DNA of 64,000 nt. It comes from Candidatus Binatia bacterium (GTDB lineage Bacteria > Desulfobacterota > Binatia > UBA9968 > JAJDTQ01). Both the position numbers and the translations under genes were made by a program. Each line of letters opens with the position of its first letter. Within the stretch, counting starts at the first letter, position 1. The DNA lies in NCBI GenBank assembly GCA_963666515.2, contig OY762897.2, positions 768,001 to 832,000 on the forward strand, in the 5' to 3' direction. Positions 10,554 through 23,153 of the stretch are shown here, in pieces. The notes below the pieces were generated by a model. That model was not told the DNA's origin. It saw only the letters and a program-made list of their open reading frames with translations, and made no database searches.

Positions 10554-11852
10554 ATGAATCTTTGGAATCGACGGCGCCGCCTCTTCGGCTGGTTTCTCGC
10601 TCTGGGCTGGGTGCTGTTCCTCGCCGGACTGCTGGCGCCGCGGGTCGCGGCCGTGGGTTCCGGCGCCTATCAGAGCCTGGAGACCTTCGCCAACATCCTC
10701 GCCATCGTCCAGCGGCACTACGTCAAGGAGGTGGAGACGGAAAAGCTCGTCACCGGGGCCATCGAGGGCATGCTGGAGTCTCTGGACCCCCACAGCTCCT
10801 ACTTGGCCGGGGAGGCGTACCGGGAGCTTCAGACCGAGACCGAGGGGCGGTTCGGCGGGCTGGGGCTGGAGATCACCGTGCGCAACGGCGTCCTGACGGT
10901 GATCTCGCCCATAGAGGACACCCCCGCGGCCCGCGCCGGAGTTCAGCCGGGCGACCAGATCGTCGGCGTCGACGACCAGTCCACCGAGGAGATGAGCCTG
11001 TCCGAAGCCGTCAACCGGCTGCGCGGCCCCCGTGGTTCCAGCGTCACCATCTCGGTGCGGAGAAAGGGCCACGACAAGCTGCTGAAGTTCACCATCGTCC
11101 GGGACGTGATCGAGATCAGCAGCGTGCGCGCGCACGTCCTGGAGCCCGGCTTCCTGTACGCGCGCATCGCGCAGTTCCAGGAACGCACCAGCGACAACCT
11201 GAAAGCCGTGTTGAAGAAGAACCAGCCGGAGGGAGAGGCCATCAAGGGTCTGGTCCTGGACCTGCGGAACAACCCGGGCGGGCTTCTGAGCCAGGCCGTG
11301 GGCGTTTCCGACCTGTTCCTCGATTCGGGTCTGATCGTGTACACGGACGGGCGTCTGAGCCAGCAGAAGCAGAAGTTCTCCGCCAGCCGGGACGGCTCGC
11401 GGACCGACTTCCCCATGGTCGTGCTGGTGAACGGCGGCAGCGCCAGCGCCTCGGAGATCGTCGCCGGCGCCCTCCAGGACCACAAGCGCGCGCTGGTGCT
11501 GGGCGCCAGGACCTTCGGCAAGGGGTCGGTGCAGACCATCCTGCCGCTGGACGGCCGCTCGGCCCTGCGCCTCACCACCGCGGAATACTATACGCCCAAC
11601 GGCCGTTCGATACACGAGACCGGGATCGAGCCCGACATCGTCATGGACCGGAGCGCGCAGCCTTCGCCGCCCCGCGAAGAAGCGCAGGGCGAGGACGCCG
11701 GCGCGGCGGGCGAGCGCCCGGATCGGGAGGCGGTCGGCTCGGACAGCATGGCGCAGCGGGTGAAGAACGACCCCCAGGTGGGACGGGCGCTGGAGCTGCT
11801 CAAGGGCTGGGAGATGTTCCGCGGCCTCGGCGGCTCGGACAAAGCCACCTGA
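10554..11852 (+). CDS. ctpA: S41 carboxy-terminal processing protease (PDZ)
   Basis: LDPHS, DLRNNPGG, SASASEIV, TFGKGSVQ; RBS GAGGAG upstream. Confidence 0.92.
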   Translation: MNLWNRRRRLFGWFLALGWVLFLAGLLAPRVAAVGSGAYQSLETFANILAIVQRHYVKEVETEKLVTGAIEGMLESLDPHSSYLAGEAYRELQTETEGRFGGLGLEITVRNGVLTVISPIEDTPAARAGVQPGDQIVGVDDQSTEEMSLSEAVNRLRGPRGSSVTISVRRKGHDKLLKFTIVRDVIEISSVRAHVLEPGFLYARIAQFQERTSDNLKAVLKKNQPEGEAIKGLVLDLRNNPGGLLSQAVGVSDLFLDSGLIVYTDGRLSQQKQKFSASRDGSRTDFPMVVLVNGGSASASEIVAGALQDHKRALVLGARTFGKGSVQTILPLDGRSALRLTTAEYYTPNGRSIHETGIEPDIVMDRSAQPSPPREEAQGEDAGAAGERPDREAVGSDSMAQRVKNDPQVGRALELLKGWEMFRGLGGSDKAT

Positions 11853-11887
11853 TGCCGCCAGGCAGCGACCCGATGCGGCCGAGCGCG

Positions 11888-13114
11888 ATGTCCCGTCCTT
11901 CCTATCACTACCGTGTCTCACCGCCCGCCGCGGTGCTCACGGTCAGCGAGCTGAACGAGGTCATCAGGGACCGGCTGGAGACCGGCCTCGACGCCTTGTG
12001 GGTGGCGGGCGAGATCTCCAACGTGCGCTTCCCCCCGTCGGGACACGTCTATTTCACCCTCAAGGACGAGCAGTCGCAGATCGCCGCGGTGCTGTTCCGC
12101 CGCCATGCCGAAAACCTGCGCTTCCGCCTGGAGGACGGCATGGATGTGGTGTGTTCGGGACGCGTGGGCCTGTACACGGTGCGCGGCGCGCTGCAGTTCT
12201 ACGCGGTCGAGGTGGAGGCGCGCGGCAAGGGCGCGCTGGCGGTCGCTTTCGAGCAGTTGAAGAAGCGGTTGTCGCAGGAAGGGCTGTTCGACGTCGAACG
12301 CAAGAAGCCGCTGCCGTTCCTGCCGCGCACCATCGGCATCGTCACGTCGCTTCATGGCGCGGCCGTGCGCGACATGCTGACCATCATCGGCCAGCGGTTT
12401 CCCGACCGCCGGGTGGTGGTGCGGCCGGTGCGGGTGCAGGGCGAGGGCGCCGCCGAGGAGATCGCGCAAGGAATTAGCGAGATCGATGAGGCCGGCATGG
12501 CGGACGTCCTGATCGTGGGCCGGGGCGGCGGTTCGCTGGAGGACCTCTGGGCCTTCAACGAGGAGGTGGTGGCGCGGGCCATCGCCTCGGCCCGGGTCCC
12601 GGTCGTGTCCGCGGTGGGACACGAGATCGACGTGACCATTGCGGACTTCGTGGCGGACCGGCGGGCCGCCACTCCCACGGCCGCAGCCGAGGCGGTCCTT
12701 CCCCTCCGGCGCGAGCTGGCGGACCGGGTGGCGGGGCTCACGCGGCGGTTGCGGCGCGGGGCGCACGGCCGCCTGGAGCGCCGGCGGGAGAGCCTGCGGC
12801 ACTGGATCCACCGCCTCGCGGACCCCAGCCAGCGTCTCCGCCAGGGGCAGATGCGTCTCGACGACCTGTCGCTGCGGCTGTGGCGCCGCCAGGAGGACCG
12901 GCTGTTGCGGCTGCGGGAGCGCCTGGGCCATCTCGCCGGACGGCTGGGCGGCGTCGATCCGCTGGCGGTCCTGCGGCGCGGCTACAGCATCGTCTACCGG
13001 GTCTCCGACGGCCGCATCGTCAAGGACGCCGCCTCGCTCCGCAAGGGCCATCGCGTACGCGTGAGTTTCGCCGCCGGGCGGGCGGTATGCCAGGTGGAGG
13101 AAGTGGAGGACTAG
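11888..13114 (+). CDS. xseA: Exodeoxyribonuclease VII large subunit
   Basis: GEISN, SGHVYFTLKD, RGGGSLEDLWAFN, SAVGHEID; start uncertain (11852, 11873 or 11888). Confidence 0.93.
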   Translation: MSRPSYHYRVSPPAAVLTVSELNEVIRDRLETGLDALWVAGEISNVRFPPSGHVYFTLKDEQSQIAAVLFRRHAENLRFRLEDGMDVVCSGRVGLYTVRGALQFYAVEVEARGKGALAVAFEQLKKRLSQEGLFDVERKKPLPFLPRTIGIVTSLHGAAVRDMLTIIGQRFPDRRVVVRPVRVQGEGAAEEIAQGISEIDEAGMADVLIVGRGGGSLEDLWAFNEEVVARAIASARVPVVSAVGHEIDVTIADFVADRRAATPTAAAEAVLPLRRELADRVAGLTRRLRRGAHGRLERRRESLRHWIHRLADPSQRLRQGQMRLDDLSLRLWRRQEDRLLRLRERLGHLAGRLGGVDPLAVLRRGYSIVYRVSDGRIVKDAASLRKGHRVRVSFAAGRAVCQVEEVED

Positions 13115-13156
13115 AGACCTGGAGACCGATCCAGGCCGACAACCCAGGGAGTCAGG

Positions 13157-13444
13157 ATGTCCCAGGAAGACAAGACCCAGGACGACGACAAGCAGGACGA
13201 GGAGACGCAGGAGGCGAGGAGTTTCGAGGAGTGTCTCGAGGCGCTGGAGAAGGTCGTGGAGCGCATCGAGAGTGGGGAGTTGAGCCTCGAGGATTCGCTG
13301 GCGACCTTCGAAGAGGGTGTGCGGCTGGTCCGGTCCTGCAACCGGAAGCTCAACGACGTCGAGCGGCGAATCGAGGTGCTGACCAAGGATTCGGACGGCC
13401 GCGCCCGGTTGCAGGAGCTGGTGGAGGACGAACCTCCGGACTGA
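13157..13444 (+). CDS. xseB: Exodeoxyribonuclease VII small subunit
   Basis: SFEECLEALEKVV...LSLEDSLATFEEGVRL. Confidence 0.93.
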   Translation: MSQEDKTQDDDKQDEETQEARSFEECLEALEKVVERIESGELSLEDSLATFEEGVRLVRSCNRKLNDVERRIEVLTKDSDGRARLQELVEDEPPD

Positions 13445-13484
13445 CCGGCGCGTCCGGCACGGCGACGATGGGAGCGAACGGACC

Positions 13485-14282
<798 letters not shown>

Positions 14283-14322
14283 TTGGCTATAGTTCGACTG
14301 ACCCAAGGAGAGAACACATCGT

Positions 14323-14523
14323 ATGACAGGGGTTCGGATCAAGGACAACGAGTCCATCGAGAGCGCCATCCGGCGTTTCAAGAAGCAGTGCGAGAAAGCC
14401 GGGATACTGGCGGAACTGCGCAAGCGGGAACACTACGAAAAGCCGAGCGTCAAGCGCAAGAGGAAGGCCATCGCAGCCAAGAAGCGCGCCATGAAGCGCG
14501 CGCGAAGTCACCAGTGGTACTAG
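14323..14523 (+). CDS. rpsU: 30S ribosomal protein S21
   Basis: [28 protein letters not shown]. Confidence 0.97.
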   Translation: MTGVRIKDNESIESAIRRFKKQCEKAGILAELRKREHYEKPSVKRKRKAIAAKKRAMKRARSHQWY

Positions 14524-14573
14524 TGTGGCGTCCTGCGTGTGACGCGGGGCGCGGGTTGCCCCAATAGGCCGTT

Positions 14574-15107
14574 GTGAACATCGTTGACGCAGTGTTGGCA
14601 GCAGTCCTGTGCGTGTTTGCCGCAAGGGGGTACGTCAAGGGGCTGTTCCGTGAAGTGTTCGCCCTGCTGGGCCTTTCGGTCGGCTTCGTCGTGTCCTGGC
14701 GGTACTACGAACCGTTTTCCCTCTGGGTCGATTCCTGGCCCTACTCGCCGTTCATCCTACAAGGCATCGTTTTCGTCGCCCTCTTCTTCCTGACTTACAT
14801 CGCGCTCAACTGGGTGGGGTCCGTGCTCCATCGGTCGGCAAGCGTCCTGTTCCTCGGCGGGTTCGACCGGCTTGGAGGCCTGCTGGCGGGCGGCTCCAAG
14901 GGCGCCCTGTTTCTCGGCCTGGGGCTTTTCTTCGCCGTCTCCCAGGCATGGATTCCGCAGAATTTTCAACAGCAGTTCGGCAAGGCGGCCCTGGTCGCCC
15001 CTCTTTTCGGCTTTGGGGCGTGGGTAGTGGAGCAGGGCGCCTCCTTTACGCAGCCGGATGCACCGGCACCGCTGCCGGCGGCGAGCGGCCTGCAACGCGG
15101 CGCATGA
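14574..15107 (+). CDS. cvpA: CvpA family membrane protein
   Basis: RGYVKGLFREVFAL...FDRLGGLLAG pattern, several TM segments. Confidence 0.85.
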   Translation: MNIVDAVLAAVLCVFAARGYVKGLFREVFALLGLSVGFVVSWRYYEPFSLWVDSWPYSPFILQGIVFVALFFLTYIALNWVGSVLHRSASVLFLGGFDRLGGLLAGGSKGALFLGLGLFFAVSQAWIPQNFQQQFGKAALVAPLFGFGAWVVEQGASFTQPDAPAPLPAASGLQRGA

Positions 15108-16876
15108 TCTCGGATCAGACCACTCAAGAGGTTCGCGCGCGCGCCTCCATCGTGGAGGTCGTTTCCGACTACGTGACGCTCAAGAAGGCCGGCCGGAACC
15201 ATTCCGGGCTGTGTCCCTTCCACTCCGAGAAGACCCCGTCGTTCACCGTCAACGAGGAAAAGGGGGTCTTCTACTGCTTCGGATGCCAGGCCGGGGGCGA
15301 CGTCTTCAAGTTTCTCATGCTCTATGACGGGCTCACCTTCCCCGAGTCCATCGAGCGCCTGGCGGAGCGGTACGGCATCGCCGTCGCGGTTTCCGAGTCC
15401 GGCGGCGGCAGCAGGCGCCGCGACCTGTTCCGGTTGAACGAGCAGGCGGCGGACCTGTTCCATGACCTGTTGCTGAATCCCTCCCAGGGCGTGCGCGCGC
15501 GCGCCTACCTGGAGCGGCGCGGCGTGGACGAATCCCTGTGGCGGCGTTTCCGTCTCGGCTTCGCGCCGCGGGGCGACGCCCTGGCCCGCCGGTTCCGCAG
15601 CCACGGCGTGGCGCCGGCGGATGCCGCGGAAGCGGGACTGGTGGTGGAGAGGGAGCCGGGCAACTACCGCGACCGGTTCTTCGACCGCGTCATCTTCCCC
15701 ATCACGGAGCCGGGCGGCAAGGTCGTCGGCTTCGGCGGCCGGGTCATCGACGACGGCGCCCCCAAGTACCTCAATTCGCCGGAGACGCCGCTCTTTCACA
15801 AGGGCGCGCAGGTCTACGGCCTGCGGGAGGCGCGTGAGGGAATCCGCGCCAACGACCGCGTGGTGGTGGTGGAGGGCTACCTGGACGTGCTGGCGTTGGC
15901 GCAGTTCGGCGCAACCCACGTGGTGGCCACCCTGGGCACGGCCCTGACGGCCGATCACCTGCGGCTTCTGGGGCGGTACACGCGCAACGTCACCGCGTTG
16001 TTCGACGGCGACGCCGCGGGGCGGAACGCCGCCGCCCGCAGCTTCGAGGTGTTCCAGCAGGCCGGCCTCTGGGGCCACGCCGCGTTCCTGCCCGAAGGCT
16101 CGGACCCGGACACGTTCGTCAGGACCCAGGGGAAGGCCGCGCTGGACGGCGTGCTGGAGCGCGCGACGCCCATCGTGGACTTCTATCTCAACTGGCTGCG
16201 GGACCGCCACGGCAGCGACCTCGGCGGCAAGAGCCGCCTGGCCAGCGAGGTCAGCCGGATGCTCGCGAAGGTGACCAACCCCCTGGACCGGGACGTGCTG
16301 GCGCGGCGGGCGGCGGACCTGCTGGGCATTCGCGAGGAGTCGTTGCGCCGGCACGCGGCCAGCGCGGCGTCCGGTGGGAGCGCGCGCACGGAAGCCCCCG
16401 GCCGGAAACGAGAGGGTGGTTGGGCTCTGGGCGAAGACCGCGCGGAGGCCGTGCTGGTAGCGCTGATGCTGCGGTTCCCGTCGGTGGTGGAGGCGTTGCG
16501 CCGGCAACCCATGGACAAGCTCGTGACCGAGAAATGGCGCGACGTGATCCGGCGCATCCTTGCGGCTCCCGAGGCCGGCGGCGCGACGACGGCGGGCATG
16601 CTCACCGAGGGCCTCCAGCCCGAGTTCGCCGCGGAGATCAGCGCCCTGGTGTTGCGCGGGCAGGAGATCGACGAGAAGGAGCGGGACCGCATGACCGCGG
16701 ACTGCCTCTTTCACTTGCAGCAGCGGTATCTGAGGCGGCTCGACCAGGAGCTGTGCAGGGCGATCCGCGTGGCGGAAGAGACTCGTGACGACGAGGCCAA
16801 GAAAGAGAGGATGCGGCAATGGCAGGAGGTCATGCAAAGGAAACTCCGCTTGGAACGCGCGAGGCCGGGTTTGTAG
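15104..16876 (+). CDS. dnaG: DNA primase
   Basis: Zinc finger [11 protein letters not shown]...[26 protein letters not shown] Toprim domain. Confidence 0.96.
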   Translation: MISDQTTQEVRARASIVEVVSDYVTLKKAGRNHSGLCPFHSEKTPSFTVNEEKGVFYCFGCQAGGDVFKFLMLYDGLTFPESIERLAERYGIAVAVSESGGGSRRRDLFRLNEQAADLFHDLLLNPSQGVRARAYLERRGVDESLWRRFRLGFAPRGDALARRFRSHGVAPADAAEAGLVVEREPGNYRDRFFDRVIFPITEPGGKVVGFGGRVIDDGAPKYLNSPETPLFHKGAQVYGLREAREGIRANDRVVVVEGYLDVLALAQFGATHVVATLGTALTADHLRLLGRYTRNVTALFDGDAAGRNAAARSFEVFQQAGLWGHAAFLPEGSDPDTFVRTQGKAALDGVLERATPIVDFYLNWLRDRHGSDLGGKSRLASEVSRMLAKVTNPLDRDVLARRAADLLGIREESLRRHAASAASGGSARTEAPGRKREGGWALGEDRAEAVLVALMLRFPSVVEALRRQPMDKLVTEKWRDVIRRILAAPEAGGATTAGMLTEGLQPEFAAEISALVLRGQEIDEKERDRMTADCLFHLQQRYLRRLDQELCRAIRVAEETRDDEAKKERMRQWQEVMQRKLRLERARPGL

Positions 16877-16905
16877 ACGCTGCGCCAGTCAGAACCGCCC
16901 GTGCG

Positions 16906-18669
<1,764 letters not shown>

Positions 18670-18720
18670 CGGTCGATGCGGCGCCCGCGGACTTCCAACA
18701 ACCGCCTGCACGCCATTTCC

Positions 18721-18797
18721 GGGCCCATAGCTCAGTTGGTTAGAGCCACCGGCTCATAACCGGTAGGTCCCTGGTTCGAGTCCAGGTGGGCCCACCA
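18721..18797 (+). tRNA. tRNA with CAT anticodon, most likely tRNA-Ile2 (lysidine-modified)
   Basis: GGGCCCA/TGGGCCC acceptor stem, CTCATAA anticodon loop, GGTTCGAG T-loop, encoded CCA; C4:G69 and C5:G68 pairs and position after rpoD favour Ile2 over Met. Confidence 0.93.
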
Positions 18798-18899
18798 TTC
18801 CCCTCACCAAGTCACAACCCGAGGCACGCAGCAGGAGCGAACTGGTTCGGGAGGCATTGCTCCGCTATATTGAGGAGTGTAAGCGGCGGAGAGAATCCA

Positions 18900-20945
18900 G
18901 TGAGCGCCCTGAACATCAGCAGCTTCATATGGAGCATCGCGGACGACGTGTTGCGCGATGTCTACGTGAGGGGCAAGTACCGCGACGTCATCCTGCCCAT
19001 GACCGTCATCCGGCGCCTCGACGCGGTTCTGGAACCGACGAAGGACGCCGTGCTCCGCATGAAGGAGCAATTGGATGCCGCCGGCATCGCGAACCAGGAG
19101 CGGGCGCTAAGCCAGGCCTCCGGCGAGGCTTTCTACAACACGTCCCCCTTCCGGCTCCGCGACCTGACATCCCGCGGACGGCGCCAGCAGTTGCGGGCCG
19201 ACTTCGAGTCATACCTGGACGGCTTCTCGCCCAACGTTCAGGAAGTCCTGGAGAAGTTCAAGTTCCGCAACCAGATACCGACCCTGGTGGACGCGGACGC
19301 GCTGGGCTTCCTGCTGGAGAAGTTCCTGGACAGCTCGATCAACCTCAGCCCCCGGCCCGTCCTCAATGACGACGGCTCCGTGCGCCTGGAGGGGCTGGAC
19401 AACCACGGCATGGGCACGGTCTTCGAGGAACTGATCCGGCGTTTCAACGAGGAGAACAACGAAGAGGCGGGGGAACACTTCACGCCCCGGGACGTGGTGC
19501 AACTCATGGCGCGCCTCGTCTTCCTGCCGGTCGCCGATGAGGTCACGTCCGGCACCTACCTGGTGTACGACGGCGCGTGCGGCACCGGCGGCATGCTTAC
19601 CGTGGCGGAGGAAACGCTCCTGGAGCTTGCCGCCGAGCAGGGCAAGGAGGCGTCGGTCCACCTGTACGGGCAGGAAGTCAACCCGGAGACCTACGCCATC
19701 AGCAAGGCCGACCTCATCCTCAAGGGTGAGGGTGGCGAAGCCAGCAACATGCGGTACGGCTCAACTCTCTCCGCCGACGCCTTCCCGGCTCACGAGTTCG
19801 ACTTCATGCTGTCCAATCCTCCCTACGGCAAGAGTTGGAAGAGCGACCTGGAGCGCATGGGCGGAAAGTCGGGCATCAAGGACCCGCGCTTCGTCGTGGA
19901 GCACGACGGCAACCCGGCGTACTCGCTGATCACCCGGTCCAGCGACGGCCAGATGATGTTCCTGGCCAACATGCTGAGCAAGATGAAGCGGGATACGCCG
20001 ATGGGCAGCCGAATCGCCGAGGTGCACAACGGCAGCGCCCTCTTCACCGGCGACGCGGGGCAGGGCGAGAGCAACATCCGCCGCTGGATCATCGAGAACG
20101 ACTGGCTGGAGGCCATCGTCGCCCTCCCGTTGAACATGTTCTACAACACGGGCATCGCTACCTACATCTGGGTGCTGAGCAACCGCAAGCCAGCGCATCG
20201 CCGCGGCAAGGTGCAGCTCATCGACGCAACGCAGTGGTCCCGACCGCTACGCAGGAACCTGGGCAACAAGAACAGCGAGTTGTCGGACGAGGACATCCGG
20301 CGCATCTGTGATGTATTCCGTGCCTTCGAGGAGACGGAGCAGTCGAAGATATTCCCCAACGAGGCCTTCGGTTACTGGAAAGTCACCGTGGAGAGGCCCC
20401 TGAGACTGGAGGGGATTGATCCCGAACGGGTCTATACCTCCAAGGAGGTTCGGGACCTCAAGGACAAGGGGGAGCCCTCGAAGGATGCGCCGCCGATCAT
20501 CAGGAAGGTCCACAGAAGGGTCGGCGACGCGGACCCGCTACGCGGCCTGTTCCAGATGACCGTTGCCGGTAAGCCGGTTGTCGTGGAGTACGAGCCGGAT
20601 ACCGCGCTTCGAGATACGGAGCAGGTGCCGCTTCTGGAAGAGGGCGGCATTGACGCGTTTTTGCGCCGCGAGGTTCTGCCATACACCCCGGACGCGTGGT
20701 ACGTGCCGGACAGCGTGAAGGTCGGGTACGAGATCAGCTTCACACGCTATTTCTACAAGCCGCAGCCCATGCGAACGCTGGACGAAATCCGAGCCGACAT
20801 CCTGGCCCTGGAAAAGGACACGGACGGGTTGCTTGGGGAGGTACTGGGGTTCGAAGTCCGGCTTGGCGAAACAGCTAAAGAGGACGAAACGCCGACCGAG
20901 GCCGAACCGTCAATCCACGGCGGAGACAACGATGGACGTCAATGA
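18900..20945 (+). CDS. hsdM: Type I restriction-modification methyltransferase subunit
   Basis: FIWSIADDVLRD, AGEHFTPRDVV, YDGACGTGGML, SNPPYG; GTG at 18900 with GGAG upstream. Confidence 0.95.
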   Translation: MSALNISSFIWSIADDVLRDVYVRGKYRDVILPMTVIRRLDAVLEPTKDAVLRMKEQLDAAGIANQERALSQASGEAFYNTSPFRLRDLTSRGRRQQLRADFESYLDGFSPNVQEVLEKFKFRNQIPTLVDADALGFLLEKFLDSSINLSPRPVLNDDGSVRLEGLDNHGMGTVFEELIRRFNEENNEEAGEHFTPRDVVQLMARLVFLPVADEVTSGTYLVYDGACGTGGMLTVAEETLLELAAEQGKEASVHLYGQEVNPETYAISKADLILKGEGGEASNMRYGSTLSADAFPAHEFDFMLSNPPYGKSWKSDLERMGGKSGIKDPRFVVEHDGNPAYSLITRSSDGQMMFLANMLSKMKRDTPMGSRIAEVHNGSALFTGDAGQGESNIRRWIIENDWLEAIVALPLNMFYNTGIATYIWVLSNRKPAHRRGKVQLIDATQWSRPLRRNLGNKNSELSDEDIRRICDVFRAFEETEQSKIFPNEAFGYWKVTVERPLRLEGIDPERVYTSKEVRDLKDKGEPSKDAPPIIRKVHRRVGDADPLRGLFQMTVAGKPVVVEYEPDTALRDTEQVPLLEEGGIDAFLRREVLPYTPDAWYVPDSVKVGYEISFTRYFYKPQPMRTLDEIRADILALEKDTDGLLGEVLGFEVRLGETAKEDETPTEAEPSIHGGDNDGRQ

Positions 20946-21087
20946 AATAGTCTTCAAGGTCACTGAAGCGGATGAACGTGGAATCGAAGCCCGGGCTCTT
21001 GGCTACGGCATCTTCACGCAGGGAGATGACTTGGCCCTGGAGAAGGAAGCCGTGGGACTGTTCGCAAAAGACTTGGAAAGATTGTAG
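20932..21087 (+). pseudogene. Truncated HicB-like antitoxin fragment fused to a remnant resembling the hsdM 3' end
   Basis: NEIVFKVTEADERGIEARALGYGIFTQGDD resembles HicB-like N-termini; it is followed by LALEKEAVGLF, similar to HsdM LALEKDTDGLL. Confidence 0.55.
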
Positions 21088-21125
21088 GGGCGACCGGCTG
21101 GTCGCCCGCTGCGGTGCACACAAAG

Positions 21126-22589
21126 ATGACCCGAGTTCTACAGACTTATCCTGGCTACAAGCCCTCTGGTGTCGAATGGCTCGGTGATGTGCCGGTGCAT
21201 TGGGAGGTGCGGCGGTTGTGCACCGTCGCTGAAATGCGGGTAAGCAGCGTGGACAAGCATACTACGGAGGGTGAATTTCCTGTTCGCCTGTGCAACTACG
21301 TCGATGTCTACAAGAATGACCGTATCACTCAGGCTATGCCATTTATGAGTGCAACAGCGTCGCGGGATGAGATCGCAAGATTCCGGCTAGCACGAGGTGA
21401 TGTGCTCATCACAAAGGACTCCGAGGCTTGGGACGACATTGGTGTCCCAGCTTTAGTGACGGAGCCGGCCGATGATCTTCTCTCTGGCTACCATTTGGCC
21501 TTGCTACGGCCCTTCAAGGAGATGCTAGGAGCATATCTAGATCGAACTTTGCAGAGCAAGACTGTTGCCTACCAGTTTCATGTCGAGGCGAATGGTGTTA
21601 CGCGATATGGCCTTACCCAAATGGGCATTCAATCCATTCGTGTTCCTCTTCCTCCTCTCCCAGAGCAGTCTGTCATCGTCCGCTATCTCGATTACGTGGA
21701 CCGGCGCATCCGGCGCCATGTTGCGGCCAAGCGAAAGCTCATCGCCCTGCTGGAAGAGGAGAAGCAGGCCGTCGTCAATCGGGCCGTCACCCGAGGCATC
21801 GATCCTAACGTGCCCGTCAAGCCGTCCGGCGTTGAGTGGCTGGGCGACGTGCCGGCGCATTGGGAAATGCGGAGGGGCAAACGGCTATTTAGTCCCCGCC
21901 GAGAATTGGCCAAGCCAAACGACGTCCAGCTATCTGCAACGCAGGCATACGGAGTCATCCCCCAAGACGAGTACGAGCGGAAAGTAGGTCGGAGGATCGT
22001 GAAGATATCCCTGCACCTCGACAAGCGCCGCCATGTCGAAGTGGACGATTTTGTCATCAGCATGCGCAGCTTCCAGGGTGGTTTGGAGAGGGCTTGGGCA
22101 ACCGGATGCATCCGCTCATCCTACATTGTTCTTCGCCCGACCATTGAAGTTGATGTGGAATTTTTTAGCTATGTATTCAAATCACGGGCCTACATACAGG
22201 CGCTACAGTCAACAGCCAACTTCATTCGGGACGGGCAGGACCTAAACTTCAATAACTTTTGCGCAGTGGACTTACCTTTTCCTCCTGCTGACGAGCAAAG
22301 GGAGATCGCCGTGGCTCTCGGAGAAGCCACCGCCAACATTGATACGTCTATCGCCCGCGCGCGCCGGCAGATCGCCCTAGTGCAGGAATACCGCACCCGC
22401 CTCATCGCCGACGTGGTGACGGGCAAGCTGGACGTGCGCGAAGCGGCGGCGCAACTCCCGGATGAGTCCGGCGAGGAAGGCCCTGTAGACGAGGATGGCC
22501 TCATCCTGGACAATATGGACGACGGCTCCGATGACATCAGTGAACCACGAGAAGAGGAGCCGGAAAGGGAAAGCGAGGTGATCCCATGA
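21126..22589 (+). CDS. hsdS: Type I restriction-modification specificity subunit
   Basis: Duplicated KPSGVEWLGDVPxHWE, two lower-GC TRDs, PPLPEQ/PPADEQ, EYRTRLIADVVTGKLDV. Confidence 0.95.
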   Translation: MTRVLQTYPGYKPSGVEWLGDVPVHWEVRRLCTVAEMRVSSVDKHTTEGEFPVRLCNYVDVYKNDRITQAMPFMSATASRDEIARFRLARGDVLITKDSEAWDDIGVPALVTEPADDLLSGYHLALLRPFKEMLGAYLDRTLQSKTVAYQFHVEANGVTRYGLTQMGIQSIRVPLPPLPEQSVIVRYLDYVDRRIRRHVAAKRKLIALLEEEKQAVVNRAVTRGIDPNVPVKPSGVEWLGDVPAHWEMRRGKRLFSPRRELAKPNDVQLSATQAYGVIPQDEYERKVGRRIVKISLHLDKRRHVEVDDFVISMRSFQGGLERAWATGCIRSSYIVLRPTIEVDVEFFSYVFKSRAYIQALQSTANFIRDGQDLNFNNFCAVDLPFPPADEQREIAVALGEATANIDTSIARARRQIALVQEYRTRLIADVVTGKLDVREAAAQLPDESGEEGPVDEDGLILDNMDDGSDDISEPREEEPERESEVIP

Positions 22590-22810
22590 CGGACTGGAGC
22601 ACGTGCCCCGCGGTCGAGAGCGTGCCCGGCAAGGTGAGCGGTAACTGGGTGTTCACTGGCACCAGGCTGCCTGTATATGCCCTGTTCGAGAACCTGGAGA
22701 GCGGTGCTACCGTCGAAGAATTCATGGAATGGTTCCAGCCCGTGGACGAATGGAAGGTGCGAGCCGTTCTTCAACACGTGGCCGATTCCCTGAGAATGCC
22801 TTGCCGGTGA
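22586..22810 (+). CDS. DUF433 family protein (putative antitoxin)
   Basis: PGKVSGNWVFTGTRLPV...LESGATVEEFMEWF; overlaps the hsdS stop (ATGA). Confidence 0.85.
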   Translation: MTDWSTCPAVESVPGKVSGNWVFTGTRLPVYALFENLESGATVEEFMEWFQPVDEWKVRAVLQHVADSLRMPCR

Positions 22811-22816
22811 GCAGCC

Positions 22817-23152
22817 TTGAAGATACTCTTTGATCACGGAACGCCTGCGCCTCTCAGGCGAGACCTCCACGGACACTCGGTCGATACGGCGGCAGAGAGA
22901 GGGTGGGAAAGCCTTGCCAACGGCGACCTTCTGGACAGGGCTGAACAGGAGGGCTACGAGCTGCTGATCACCACCGACCAGGGCATAAGGCATCAGCAGA
23001 ATCTCGCAGGCAGAAGGCTGGCCGTCATCGTTCTGCTCTCCACCGCTTGGCCTTACGCCCAGTCGAGGATCGAAGACATTCGCGCTGCCATCGCAGAGGC
23101 GCGGCCCGGTGAGTTGAGGGAAGTCCCCATTCTGATTCGAGGCGAGAGGTAG
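22817..23152 (+). CDS. PIN-like (DUF5615/VapC45-type) putative toxin
   Basis: MKILFDHG...NGDLL...LLITTDQGIRHQQNL; adjacent to DUF433. Confidence 0.8.
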   Translation: MKILFDHGTPAPLRRDLHGHSVDTAAERGWESLANGDLLDRAEQEGYELLITTDQGIRHQQNLAGRRLAVIVLLSTAWPYAQSRIEDIRAAIAEARPGELREVPILIRGER

Positions 23153-23153
23153 C

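Noticed and set aside
18721-18797. tRNA-Met or initiator tRNA call
   Set aside because: Fully paired 1:72, no three consecutive G:C pairs at the base of the anticodon stem, and TilS-type acceptor pairs favour Ile2.
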